A DNA stretch of 64,000 nt, from NCBI GenBank assembly GCA_002633005.1, contig NMRA01000690.1, positions 138,887 to 202,886 of the forward strand. The letters are read 5' to 3'. A program made the position numbers and the translations under genes. Below are positions 15,442 to 28,940 of the stretch, in pieces (positions within the stretch are counted from its first letter, which is position 1; each line of letters starts with the position of its first letter). The stretch comes from Phoronis australis. Lineage: Eukaryota > Animalia > Phoronida. The notes beneath the pieces were generated by a model. It made no database searches. It was given only the letters and a program-made list of their open reading frames with translations, and had not been told where the DNA came from.

Positions 15442-18400
15442 CTGTACTAGACATTTATATACATGTGATAGTGCAAGGGAGCATTTAGTATTCTGGAACA
15501 CGACTAAGGTTCCATAAAAAACACAACTAGGCTCCATAAACAGCACTTTTCCATGACGCACTCAATATTTTATACTCACTGTGCCCTAAAACAAGTTGTT
15601 GCAACCTAAGTGACATTCGATGTGTGAATTCGCACACGTGGGCGCACGAGGATGACACTTTTCTCCTCCCTCCCGAATTTGGGGAAAATTAAGAACAATT
15701 TGGCAATAGAAGAAAAAAATTCAGGCAGCGGATCGTCCAATGGGAATATAAGGAACAGTCATTGGTTGAGGTGAAATCGGTGGCCCCAGGGAATGGGGGC
15801 GACAAGATAGTGGCGACCAGGGGTAGAATTCCGGGTGACGATCGGGGTGTAGAATTGATGGCAACGACGGTGAAAGTTTCTTATCTGCGGGAAAAGCTAT
15901 ACCATATTCCCCATCACAAAGCCAAGTCCTATATTTGTACACGAATGACAATAAAAACAATTATCTCGATGTGTTTCAACAATTCTAAGATGAACTTATT
16001 TTTTGTTGCCAAGGTCTCAGTTGCAGTGTAGCGGAAGTGGCGAACTGTTCACGACCCAGTAGCGTTTAGATATTCAGTCTGTTATGCGCTCCCTTTGGGA
16101 ATTTTAATTCAGTGTTTACGATAAATAGCACAAAATGACGTCCCTTTTGTTTTGAAAAGAATGCTAATCCAAACGAATGAATAGAAATCGTTACCAATTA
16201 CACGGAGTGTACAGAGATGCATGCCTTTATGTGATTTGTTTTCCCTAGGGACCGATCGAATGAGGTTTCAGTTAAAACATTAATCCTACAATCTGAGATT
16301 TTCAATAAATTCACACTGTTCCACTCGTGTTACTGGCGTACGTGTTTATTCAGCATTCGCCTACGGATGGAGGTGAAGGAGATTAGCATTTGTTACACTG
16401 TCGTATGAACTATTGTATTCAGCACATCCACAGTGTTGACTTTGCAAATTGAGACTTGGAGCACTGGATGAGGCGGTGGATTTATATGTGGTGGTGTGAA
16501 TACATTGATTTTTACATCATGCTTACGTTTTGTTGACGACAATGAATGATTTTTAGACCAACGTTGGACGACAAGTCGATGATTATCAGCGCATTTCTCC
16601 TTGTAAAGAAAGATCGGTCAAAACAGTTGTCCTCCGGTGAGTATAGTTCAAATGAGGAATCATGGAACCGAAATTTTTCAATTGACGACCGTGACTAACA
16701 TGCACGTTCTGGCTAATAAATTAGGAAAAAATGAAATATGTGTGATCTAAATTTTGGCGACTTCCCATAATCGATCTTGACTTTGACTTAGAACTATTGA
16801 CTATTTTACATGATACGCGTTCAACAAAAGAAACTTACTGGTTTATGGTCGTACACTAACACGAAGGTGTAAAAGTTACAAAACGAAACCTTTAACCCTT
16901 CGTCCATGGTTGTCGTAACAACCACGTGAAGCTGGTAGCAATAACGTTTGGTTTAGACTACTTATCGATATAAAATTGGCTTCAACTTTTTCCTAAATAT
17001 GAATGATTTCTGGGTTTGAAAGAACTAACAGTTTTAGTGCTTGAGGCCATTAATGGCTTGTCATCGCGACTTCCGGTAATTTTATGGCTCCGAGCACGGT
17101 CTCATTGTTTGCGGAACGGAGGTAGTAAAGAAGGGAAAAACTGATGGCTTTGCAAAAATATTTTCACTTGTGGAATTTTTGCCCGATTGGGCTAAATTTG
17201 CCTTGTCAATAAATGTAGGCTTTATTTGTATTATTGTCCAGTTTTATTGCCATTTTTTGTATGATGTGCCGCGTGAAAACGAAAGCCGTCCGGCATAGCC
17301 GTTTCAATCACTAAAGTAACTGACGACACACAAGCTTATGGCCATTACCGTGAGGGCGTTCAGTCTTGTGTCGCAACACCTGCCAGTTTTTCTCACTAAT
17401 TAGGTTCAGATCAACATGTTTCAGACGTGACTTCTGGTTGTTCACAAAAAGGGATTGTGTGGAAGAAAATGGATATTTATGAAGGAAAAGCAACTTCCAA
17501 CCAAAAAGGTTTTTAATAATCGGAACATGTGCCGTGTACCATGGAGGTTCCGTATCTAGAGATAGAAACGAGGGTGAGGCATTAGACCATATTTTCATAT
17601 AAATTTGTAAAATTTAATAAATTAGGGATTAACAGGATTGCAATTTATTTTTGATCGAACTCAGTCGATTATTTCGTCGTAGAGGCATTGAATAAATCGC
17701 TATTGGTATTTTATCGGCAAAGAGAGGTTGAAATTCGAGTTCGTCTGTTTCTGACGACAGAGCAACAGAAAGAAGACATCATTGGAACGCCGTCTCCATG
17801 CAATATATCGGTGTTCCAAGTAGTTACATCGCCCACTCTTTGAAGAGCTGAATGTTCACATAAGTGCTAACTTCTATTTGCCAATATTCTAATAACGCTA
17901 GAGTAGAAATTTGCAGACAAAAGAACAAAATAATTACTGAAAACTTTGAACTCCAACAGCTATTTATTTTCATGAAACCTATATTTAACACCAGTAAAAG
18001 TCCATGAAGCGCTTACAAAAAATCCTTCTGAGAGGCTGAATGATTTAGTTCTACTCACAAAATAAAAATTCTTGCCAGACATCATGGCATAACTTGTGAA
18101 ACCAAACCGATCTCTTTAAGGAATAGGAAGAAATAAAATTCGACCCATTCATGTTTCAGTGACCTTAGGAATATAAACGTATGTGAAGTTAGGACGCGTC
18201 ATGGTGAATTGGTGAAATGAGAGATTTCTTTCGAATTGTTTGTTTGAGTACATGTTTGTTTTAATACTGGAAATGCTTCTGAGTTTAATGTCCCAGAAAA
18301 TTTTGCAAAGGAGTGTAAATGGTTGATGCAACAAATTTATTATCATGGAATTTCACATTAAATCAATCGTATGATTACTAATTCTTTTGTTTCGTTTTTT

Positions 18401-19575
18401 CAATCAAACTCGTCTGCTCGCATGCGCTTCCTCGTCTCGTCTTCCAAAGGGTTTCGGGGTAGGTTCAACAAAGTGTTGAGAAAAACTACTAGTTTCGCCC
18501 CTGATCGAACTGTCGTTTTCGTTCCAAGGCCTGAGAAACCATCTCTCTCAGCAAAAGTTGTGTAATTTTTTTGACGAAATGCAGATTTCTAGAGTAAAAG
18601 TTCGTTTCGGGCGATTCCACAGCTTTTGGCCCATCCTTTACAAGACAAAATGTCGAGTAATCGAATGACCGTGCAATCTGTTGGTCTAGTTGACTCTACA
18701 AATTTTTTACGTCCTCTGGTTAACATACGACAGAGTCTCCCTCTCGGCAGAGTTTAGTGGAAATGAATTCCGCGATATTTTGAGCGTAACGGACTAGGGG
18801 ACAAATACTACAAAATCACATTTTTACAAAGAACTTCCGTTGACTTGACGACGCACACGAGGTGAACTTCTTTTGACGTCAACCAAACCGGAATCCATTT
18901 TCAAGTGAGACTGGTCTGAAACGAATCTTTTCAACTAAATGATATAATATAGACTCGTGGTACACGGTAGGTGGCGTAGCAACGAGGGGAACAAGGGATT
19001 ATGCCCTCTCCCCGTTCATTGCTAGAATTCCACGATTTATTATGCTTTTTCATTAGAATTATTCATCATGTTTGCCCTCTTCCTCGAGTGGAGCATCAAT
19101 GGGGGACGTCATCAAAATTGGCGCTGACTGGTAAGAGGGAGACGCAGAGTTGGTGGCAATCAGATGAAAGTGAATGAAACTAACGTGGGTAGTCGTCACG
19201 CCCTTATCTTCCACTGTGACGGCGATCGCATGTACGTTACAGCTTCCTGTTCAATAGTTTTAGCTTGGGATGTTTTAAAGTAGCTATGAATCATTTTGTG
19301 CCCATAACAGGTTTTTAGAGTTGGTAGGTACTGCCTCCGAAACTTCATTTACTGTCTTCTTGTCATATGTCAGAAATGAAATTAGTGACAATATTCCGCT
19401 CAGACAAATCCACCGTTTCAGTATCTACATAGAACTTTCGAGTCGGAGCTGAAACGCTCACGTCGTGACATGAGAAACTCGGCCCGTTCCACGGCAGCTT
19501 ATATTTCACCAATAGATATTTTTATAAGTCTCGTTGTCGTCAAGAGGCCTGTTTATCAGGAAATAGGGTCTAATG

Positions 19576-19647
19576 CATGGGCGGCGCACCATAGGGGGCT
19601 GGGGGGGGCTATAGCCCTCCACTTTTTTCAGTGCCATGCCGCCCATG
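19576..19647. mobile_element. 72-bp MITE (family E), TIR CATGGGCGGC
   Basis: 10-bp TIR; flanks TAATG/CAATG; inverse copy at 38957-39076. Confidence 0.75.
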
Positions 19648-22600
19648 CAATGTGCTGTTGTGTGGAGTTGATCAATTACTGCATTAGCGATGTCTTCATG
19701 GCAGTATAACACTTGCTAAGGTGATTCTTGAGCTGTTACGCTTTTGAATTTAAATTCCTCGTAAAAAGTTAAGTTATGATCATTTTCACTCAAAGAAACA
19801 CGATAAAATTAGTCAAAATAGATGCTGTTAGGTTTCTGATCTCTGGTGCCTGTTGATGACTGTTTTTTTTGTCATTGGACCATGGAAGATAACTGACCTG
19901 AGAGTCGTGTTGTCAGCCAAAAAATTGCGGGAACGCTTAACAATCGCCTAGACTGACATGTTGATTTAGCCTTCATTTACATGTAGACACCCATGTCGTC
20001 TGGAGTTGAAACGAAACGGAGTTTTTTTTTGGTACTGCTTTGAACCAATAATGAACTGTCAGTTATTCCTGGGCCCTGAGTTGAATTCTGAACTAAGACC
20101 GGGATATGGTGTATTTGGCTTAAAACCAAGGTTCACTGCCGTCTTAAGCAATAGCGGGAGAATTAGATGTTGGGTGTCGCGGATTCTGACTTATTGCGTT
20201 AGTAGAGACGTCTTCCGACCACCTTGACTGAAAGGCCATACAACAGATAACAGAAGTAAATATTTCGAATTCTATCATATTCCAGAACGACACTACAAAG
20301 ACATTTTTCCTCCCATGTCGACCACCACTCAAGTATGCATACGATTTAATTTCATTTGATATCTGAAAATATTTTTAAGATTCAAGTAGACTTTCTGTTA
20401 CAACTTTGAGCCTGCACCGACAATTAAATATTTTGCCGGCGCCTACACATCTCAGAGAAGCGAGGGTTGGACGAGGGGACACAAACAATCTTTCGTATAA
20501 GGGCGACCTTACCTACCGGCTTCTTCTGGGAGGAGATCTTTGTTTAATGAGAAATGGAAACTATCTCTCCCCTTCGGCGTTTGCCGTAAGATTAGGGAAT
20601 GCGCGTGCGCAGATATAAAGCTTCAGACTCTTTCTCGCGTATCAATGCTTTCGTCAATTGTATTTTCTACAATAAACGTATAAAAATGCATTTGACTAGT
20701 AGATTGGGAAAATTACAACCGAATGGTACAATTACTAGGAGTGAAACAAGCGCTGTTTTGCATTTCGCCGTTCACAGTAATATTGAATTTTTGTATGTTT
20801 ACAGTAGTGGTGAAAATTGCTTAAATTGTCAATACGTGTTGCGATAAAAATCAAGTGGCATGGGCTTCTGTATAGTGTTTTGCAACCTCCATTCCGAGCC
20901 ATACGATATCAATAATACGTATGTCAACATGTACATGTACATGTACAAGGGGCTTATACACTGTATAAGCTGTGCTGTGTGTAGTGATGAAATCTGAGGA
21001 ACTGACCACGTTACATCGTGTATTGTTACTTTTCACGCCGTTAAAACTGGCTCAATGTATCTGTCCTTTGCAAGTTTTAGGAAAATTGGCTACAGGTGTT
21101 TATTCAATGTTGGGTTATGTGGCAATTAACTTTGTACCTAATCAACGTTTTTCGTAACGGTTTGGTGATCTGGGCCCGCTCTCCAATCTCCGTACTCAGA
21201 CTCGAATCATACTCAAACTCAAACTTCATACTCAACTCGAGTATAGACTCAGCTTTGGTGTATTCAATGCCATACTCGAAAAATCTGTTCTCGAAATTTC
21301 GAGCATGTACTCAATTTTCGCGTATACTCGAACTGAAGTGTATTTCATCTATATTTCGAGTAAGATTTTGAGTAAAATTCCGAGTATATGCTCCAAATTT
21401 CAAGTTTGGTTTGGCAGTGTGCTTGAAATTGTACTCGAAAATAAATACGAGCGAGAGAACAAAATATCGAAAGGCCATGCACCGACAGACACAGCAAATC
21501 TAAAAAATTAAGTCCTCAATTTCAGTTCAGAGATAATAATTTTCGTTTTAAATCTTCTTAATCTTCACCTTATTAACCCGCCGTATCAATGCATGTCATC
21601 GCCGCCAATTCATAAACTCTTTACTCTACGATTCCTGGCAACAGGCGCATTCTAATCCCTTGTCGGCGAGTCATTACAAGTGTCGAAAGCAGTTGTGGGA
21701 AAAGTCGTGTGAGAAGTTTGTGCTGTCGTGGCAGTAGGTGTGTCCACGGTTTGTAGGGTTTCCAAAAGACGAGGAGGCGAGGAAAGTTAAAGACAGTTTG
21801 CTTCCCTGCCAGGTGCATTTCCCGTCATAGTTTAGTCATCTATAATTCCTCAATCCCCGAATAGTATAGAACCAATTCACGCCGACAGGAGGCGCGTTTC
21901 CGTCAAAACGAGGCTCGCTACGACAGCTCCTTTGGCTTATTGGCATATACCGGTTGTATTCCGCGTTGCTCGAAACGGCTAGAAAAACTACGGACACTCA
22001 ACTGTCTGTTTTACAATCCCTAAAGTCGTTGAGATTCGGAAGCGTACGTTCGGTCCTTGCCATACGCCGCGACGAAGGAGAATATGCCCGTGTAAAATTC
22101 ATAAATGTTTTCGAAAAGTTAGATCATATTTTGTCGCACCTCGGTTGCCGAGCATCATAGCAAGGACCGGAGAATTTTCGGCCAGCCATGCTGTGTTCAT
22201 GACTATGGGTTGAAACATGATGCATTTTTCTTCCCAAAAAAGGACAGGGCCCTCAATTCCTCGATTTTGGGACCGGATGCTGATCGGGAGGTAGATTTTG
22301 CCCCGCACTCGGCGAAAAAAGGTACAGGCACCTTTCCCCTTGGATGAACGAGGCCCCTGAAGAAAAATGGTAACTTTTCTTACTAACTGATATTGAGCTC
22401 TAAAACGAGGTTATGCTTTGGACGAACGAATTAGGTGTTTTGAGTTTAAAATTCACTGGTCCAAATTGATAGTTGAAACCTAACATATGAAATAGACGTC
22501 AGAATTATTAAAACCAGGATAGCATAATTGATGGTCAAATAATTACTTCAGACTTGTAAATGTGTGCAAGGGAATGAATGAGAACCTGCATATAATGCGA

Positions 22601-23238
22601 AAGCGATTGCTCGGGCTGTGCTAGTTTTTGATTTTTTTTCAATTTGAGGTTAATTATTGACAAATTTTTAAGAGTTAATATCCAGGTAGGACTCTAAAGA
22701 CCATCCATTTAACTCACGCAATGTCAACTTCAGCTTTGTTTATCGCAGTGAGCCTCGCTTTGGATTTTAATGTCCGCCGCGTGAATAACGTCTATTCCAG
22801 ATTTTGTTTGCTGATTTCTAAGTGGACGTCTCTTCCCGTTCACTGGTGAACTCTGAATGCCTGCACATGTATTGTTTTTTACCTCACGTGCCAAATGTCA
22901 ACTAACTTGATACATCCCGGTAAAATACAAAGATACAGTATCAAAGTTTTGACATCAGCGTAGGCCTACACAGCAATGGGTAGCAAGAGAGAACAGGGGT
23001 TCTTTGACATGATAAGCTGTTACAAATTTCTTAAAATATTTTCGGGAGATGATGAACTCAAGAAGTAAAGCTTAAATTGTTAAGTGTATCAAAGAAATGG
23101 TATAAGAATATTGTACTGAAACTGAAAAAAAAATGAATAACAGTTACAGAAGACTCAGAATTCCACATTATAGGCCTACTCTGGTAGTTGTAGCGACAGC
23201 AGACGATAATGTAGTTGCTGGGGTGGTCTATGCCAATA

Positions 23239-23846
23239 GCAGAATGGTGAATGTTGGCCAATTCCCCTTTTGTCCACTGACGTCACAAGCATACTGGCGC
23301 CCCCAGTGGAGGCCCTGAGAACTCGTAAACAAGCATGCTGGCGACTGTGGTTAAAGTGTTTTTTATGATTTTTCCAGAGTCGCTATGTTTTAGTGTGTTT
23401 TTTAAATAATGTTGCATGTCATACCTCTCAGAAAATTAATATTGTTCCAATAAATTAAGAAAATTGGAATATTCATTCTCGCGATCCTGCAACACCATCC
23501 AAATGTTCTTCTGTGTTACACACGGCAAAGCCAAAGTTTTATTCTCACGCGAAATAGCCTCGTATACGCTCGACTAAAAAGGAATCTTTCAATCATATTT
23601 AATTGATACTATATACCATTCATTATTATATACCATGCATTATGTTTTTAGAAAAAAAAACGATACTCAACGCCCCACAATAAACATAAGTCCGTTCGCC
23701 AGCTTGGCTCCGCCGTTGCTAGGCTGGATACTACCGGGTTCACGAACTCAGTTTATTTACGAGTTTTCAGGGCCTCCACTGGGGGCGCCAGTATGCTTGT
23801 GACGTCAGTGGACAAAAGGGGAATTGGTCAACATTCACCATTCTGC
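23239..23846. mobile_element. Non-autonomous DNA transposon (Mutator/MULE-like MITE), 608 bp
   Basis: ~90-bp near-perfect TIRs (GCAGAATGGTGAATGTTG...CTCGTAAA) and a perfect 9-bp TSD ATGCCAATA at 23230-23238 and 23847-23855. AT-rich non-coding interior. Confidence 0.9.
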
Positions 23847-23922
23847 ATGCCAATAGGGAGCAATGAATCAGCGCGACTTTATGTGGTTTTGCATTTCACA
23901 TCATAAAGAGTTCCATAGCAAC

Positions 23923-24503
23923 CTCGCTGGTTCCCCGCGTGCTTAGCCCAGCCAGCACGCAGGTATCACGCAGTGGCACGCGCTTTAGCATTGGTCGATG
24001 TAACCTCGGCAGTCATTGGTTAGCTTTACAACAACGTGAAAAAATGGCGGGCTGTGAACAATTTTTAGCCTTGTCATGCAAGTGGCGTCGCAGAAACTAT
24101 TTCGTTTCTGCAGTGATGTTTAATAGCCGCGTGCTTGAAGCACATACATGTACAATAAACACATATCTGGCCGATTTAACCGGTGGGTTATTCATACTGT
24201 ATGAATACAGGACACTATCGTAAACAAAAGTCATCGACAGCAGAAAGATGCATCCCGAAAAGGCGCAATTACAATTGCTAGGCTTCACATTTCCTGAACA
24301 TAAATTTTAAGCACCAGATTTGACCCCATTTACACTTCAGTCCATCAGTCATACCAATTTGTTTGCGTAAAGCGCTGCCTGTTGAGAATTTGACTAGCCA
24401 ATCAGAAACGTCGGTGTAAAAAAATTTACCGAGGAAAATTAAGTGATACCTGCGTGCTGGCGCGGCTACCGCCCCACCTACCGGCACGCAGGGAACCAGC
24501 GAG
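23923..24503. mobile_element. Non-autonomous DNA transposon family B, copy 1 (581 bp, 9-bp TSD)
   Basis: TIR CTCGCTGGTTCCC(C/T)GCGTGC; perfect 9-bp TSD CATAGCAAC at 23914-23922 and 24504-24512; second copy at 35663-36296. Confidence 0.9.
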
Positions 24504-27500
24504 CATAGCAACTCGAGTATGAGTGTCAGATTTGAGTACGTTTGGAGTCTACTCGAAATGCGACATTAGATACGCTTTTTTGAGTACGACTCCAGTGAGC
24601 ACGATTTTGAGTATGAAATATCCAGTATGAGTAGGAGTCTGAGTACGGAGATTGGAGACCGGACCCTGGTTTAACTAAAACTGCGTGACGAGAATGCTGT
24701 AAGGTTATCCTGATAATGTTCCGTGAAACCTGGGCAAGTCTTTTTCGACGTTTCCTATTTTGTTTCGCCTTTTGTAACAAGTTCTTTGTGGGATAGGCTT
24801 ACTTAAAAATAACAAGCACTGTAGTTTGTCAAAACTTATGGTTATCGTGAAAGAATTGGACATTTTGCTAAACGTTGACTGTGACGCGTCTCAAGGACAC
24901 GAGTATTGATGTCGCTGAGTGCAATTGTTGTTGATTAGCAACAAATTCATTTACTAATGAGTCATTAACTAATTACAAGTCAAATGTACTTGACAACTGG
25001 TATCCTTTTTTCAGCGGAAGAGACACCTGTTTCTCAGTCTGATTGTTTTTATTCGGTTCGTCTGGTCTCTCGGACAATTTAGTTTCAATGGTCACTCTAA
25101 TCGCCGGACAAAAGCCATTAGTATCACAATGAAGCCATTGTAATTTAAGATTATGTGAGACCTGACCAGTCTGCGTATTTATCCAAATATCTACTAAACT
25201 ATAGATTTTATCTCGGTGAAGGCATATATTTTCTGAAATTGAAAGTCTGTAGAATATGATTTTTGTTATCATATCTTATTAGTAAAATTTAGCGAAAAGG
25301 AGTAACGGAACGTGTACATTGGTAGCCAAAACAACCGTGTCAACAACAAGACCAAGGTTTATTTGATATAAATGTCCAATGTGAGATCTCGAAATCGCTG
25401 TTGCAGTTTTTTTAAATATCATTTTATCGGTTCATGAAAGTCGTAAAAGTCCTATTACTGATAGCCTTCCATACAAAGATGGAACATTTGTAAACACTCT
25501 TCCTAACAGCGTTTTGACGACACTGCGTAAAGCACAGCATCTGATAGTTTTGCATGAATTTGAAGTTAACAAATTTGGAATTTTTCTAAGGCTCCTACAT
25601 AACTTTGAACCCATTGTTTAATACACTACAGTAGGCAACTAACAATAAAGAAAACGAGCTCAGTCCTTTCAAATTGATTTTTGTTAATTATCATGATTTC
25701 GGTCCTTTCCTTTCGTTCATTCAGAAGGTGCGTACACCTCTTCTGTTTCTCCCCGTAAGTATACGATGTACTGGCTATCTCAGTTCCTCCTTCCATCGAA
25801 CGGAGAAAGAACACAGACGATCGTATACACTGGATGCGCGTTTGACCGATCTTGCACTATTTTTGCCGTACAGTTCCGACTTTCGTCTATTGCGATAGGC
25901 CTAGGTCAGAAAATTGTTGGATGAAAGTTTACCTTTCGGTTTGTATCGACACTGGTTGCCGATACATAGAGGTTCTAGTAACAGAGGACGCAAAATATTG
26001 TCATAACTGAACAATTTGGCGGAAGGTTTCGTTTCTACCTAACCTGTTCACTATACGGCGGAAAGTTAAGGTACAATTTGGTCACGATTTCAGTATTCAT
26101 CAGTTTGTATTTTTCCTTCAAGAAGTTGTATTCGTGGTTACAACTGGAATATGTTCAGTTGAGAGAACTGGTGTGGAAATGATAACACAAGATCAAAATG
26201 GTGTCCTCACCGAATCTAGTTGTCGACGTGAAACTGTGGAACCAAAATTTATTGAGTTCTTGCGGCTAAAACAACATACAGAGTCTATTTGCAATCACAT
26301 AGATACAAGTCACTGCTAAATATGGTTGTGTGTGATTCAGACAACTGGATTTCGAAAGGACCGCTAGACTACATCCAGGTGTAAATGCTACATGCATATG
26401 GTATTAGCAAACTAGCAGTTTTCTATTCAATTTACTATTTGGTTCCAGGAAAAGAGACACGTGATCAAAGCAAATATACTTGATGATTTTACACGAAAAT
26501 GAACCGCACCTACTGAGCAAGAGCCCTTGGGAACTGACCATTCTCTTGACTCGGTTTTGCATTAGCGTTCCATATTCGCCGTGTTTGTCCATGTAAAAAC
26601 CATATAAATTGTCATTTCGCAGTCTGAAATCTTTCCAGTGACATGAGCCATCAAAGTGAGCAAACAGATAATATGTATTTCAAATTGTTCTGTGCAAGCC
26701 GGGCAGTGACTGAATAAATTTTCCTGCATTTGTAACACTTCTTTTGAATTATGCACGCCATCCATTATCGCAGATTAGCTATTAATGACATGGACATTCG
26801 ATAAACAATTTATCACTCGCCAGGCGTCTGCAGTTTGTTTTATCAAACTTCAATAAATATATCCAATATACGTGCTGTGAAATCCCGTTAACTACAATCT
26901 GAATCGCAAAAATGTTCACTTGCTTTAATATATACTGATTAATTTAACAAACACGGAATGATTATGTTTTGTTTATATTATTATTGGTTGTAAATACCAA
27001 GCTCATTTTTTGATGAAATATTCCTTAGTTGATTACATATAATTGAGTAGAAAAATGGCCTACCGTGCATCTCTCCCCCCCCCCCGAACATCAATTTCTA
27101 AATTACCTCTTTGCGAAGTAATCTAGGTGGAGAAATGAAAACTGATGTTAACAATCCGAAAAAAATGTCTCGCGTATGTTTTTATGCAAATTAGTGCCGC
27201 CATTGCTGATTTTTCGTTATTTTACAAAGTTATCATGTCCATATACGAAAATTGCTCCACTGAAGTATTAGCCAATCAAACATGACCAAGAGGAGTATTG
27301 CTCTCGAAAATACAAAAGCCGTCGCTTAGTGGTTCAAATTCGGCGTGCAATAAAGTCATCTTTGATTTACGTATCTGCATGGTTTTACGCTCAAGAAAAA
27401 TAAAGAGGGTCGGAGTTGGCTGAAAATTCTTCGTTTAAGTTGGACTTTGTACGTGTACCAATGTACGCTGTAGCGTCATATGGAAATTGATGAATATTGA

Positions 27501-28940
27501 ATTGAATGAGCTTGGTAAATACTGCCAAAAACTATTTTCAGCTGCATAGTCTCGAACTCAGATACTATTAGCATGAGAGTCTGGTGTACAGGTGGTTATT
27601 AGGTTAGATTTTTACCATGTCATGCTACTGTATCTGATTTGAAAATGTATTTCAACATTTCAAGTTCTCTCTTATTTCTATTATTTTCTGCAATATTTAA
27701 GAGACAAATATTTATTCAATTGATGTTCAATGATTTAATTTCGGTGGCATTCACGTGGGATTGCTGTCGTTTCTTCAAATGCAATGTAGGGAGGTTATTG
27801 GGTCGTAGACATCCGATGTTATCACATATAACCCGTGGACGTGTAACCCGACTCATAATTTGCGTTTCAGGCTGTGCGATTTGACTTCAAGGTCACCGAA
27901 AATCTTTCGCGCAAAAGACCATCAAATCTACATATTTATGCGACGCCATTTCGAGGCTCGCTTTGTATTTTTTATCTTTGCGTGCTGAATGCTTTGTCGT
28001 ACTCGCATGAAGTTTATGTTGCAGCAGACCAGTGTTTTCAATTCCGGTGCACGCAAATGACAAGTGATGTTTTCCGCCGTATTATTTTCACGTCACCAAG
28101 TTGTCTATGATGACATCGGGTGTCTGGGTTAGAGACTACATAGGGCCGCAAGTAGGCGGCGAGAACGATATTGTCAACAATGCAATCCACTTACTTCGTA
28201 TGGCCGACTCTAGCGTGTATTATCTTACTAACGCCTGGTTATAGGTATACCCACATCTAAGCACATGCAGTATTTTCAGACGAAGGAAGATTGACATTAC
28301 CTTGAAAATCGGGCGTCATTGTTAAGTGATCGGATCGTTTCTGCTTTTGTTGATTATGTTTCAATCTTTCTACCTCCATTGCTCTTAAAATTTCTCTTTG
28401 TCGAAACATTTTGAACAGACTCACTACAACATGTTGCTCGACAGTTGGATGGTGTTGAAAAGAATTGCCAACGAGCCGGTCTGGCCACGAAGGAGACCGG
28501 CCTCCTGCTCACGAGGCTTTGTGTCATCTATAACAACGCCATCTAGTGAGCAGGAGACGAGCCCTGTGCCGTGAAAGGAAAATGAACGACTCACACTGAG
28601 AAATCCGTGCGTGTCCCACCAAAACTGACTCCATGATCAACCAGAGTTTCTGGGAATCTGGTCATTGAATGGTTTTGTTCACTCAGATCATCATTCAAGT
28701 AGAACTGTAAATTACCGTACTTAGTTATTGGAATTTGTTACATTTTGACACTGAACATTAGAATAAATTAAGTTGTAAAGGCTTGTGATGCCAAGCTACA
28801 TCCAACCAGATGAACCAAGCCTCAAATCAGCTCGTCTTGATAACTGTATTATTTTAAACTTTCAGATCAGTGCATTGGCTTAGACCTCATCCACGCCTGC
28901 TCAAATCAACAAGAAATTGACTAACCGAAATGAACGAAAA

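Larger units (their letters stand above)
21173..24665. mobile_element. PIF/Harbinger-like element ends (family C) enclosing two nested MITEs
   Basis: Left end GGCCCGCTCTCCAATCTCCGTACTCAGACTC and its inverse at the right end, each flanked by CTG (21170-21172, 24666-24668). CTCGA-rich subterminal arms. Could instead be two truncated copies. Confidence 0.6.

Noticed and set aside
18370-18700. Possible decayed THAP/transposase fragment on the minus strand
   Set aside because: Multiple stops and no convincing C2CH or AVPT signature.
21173-21450. CTCGA-rich short repeats resembling a CRISPR array
   Set aside because: Irregular spacing, eukaryotic context, explained as MITE subterminal motifs; no cas genes.
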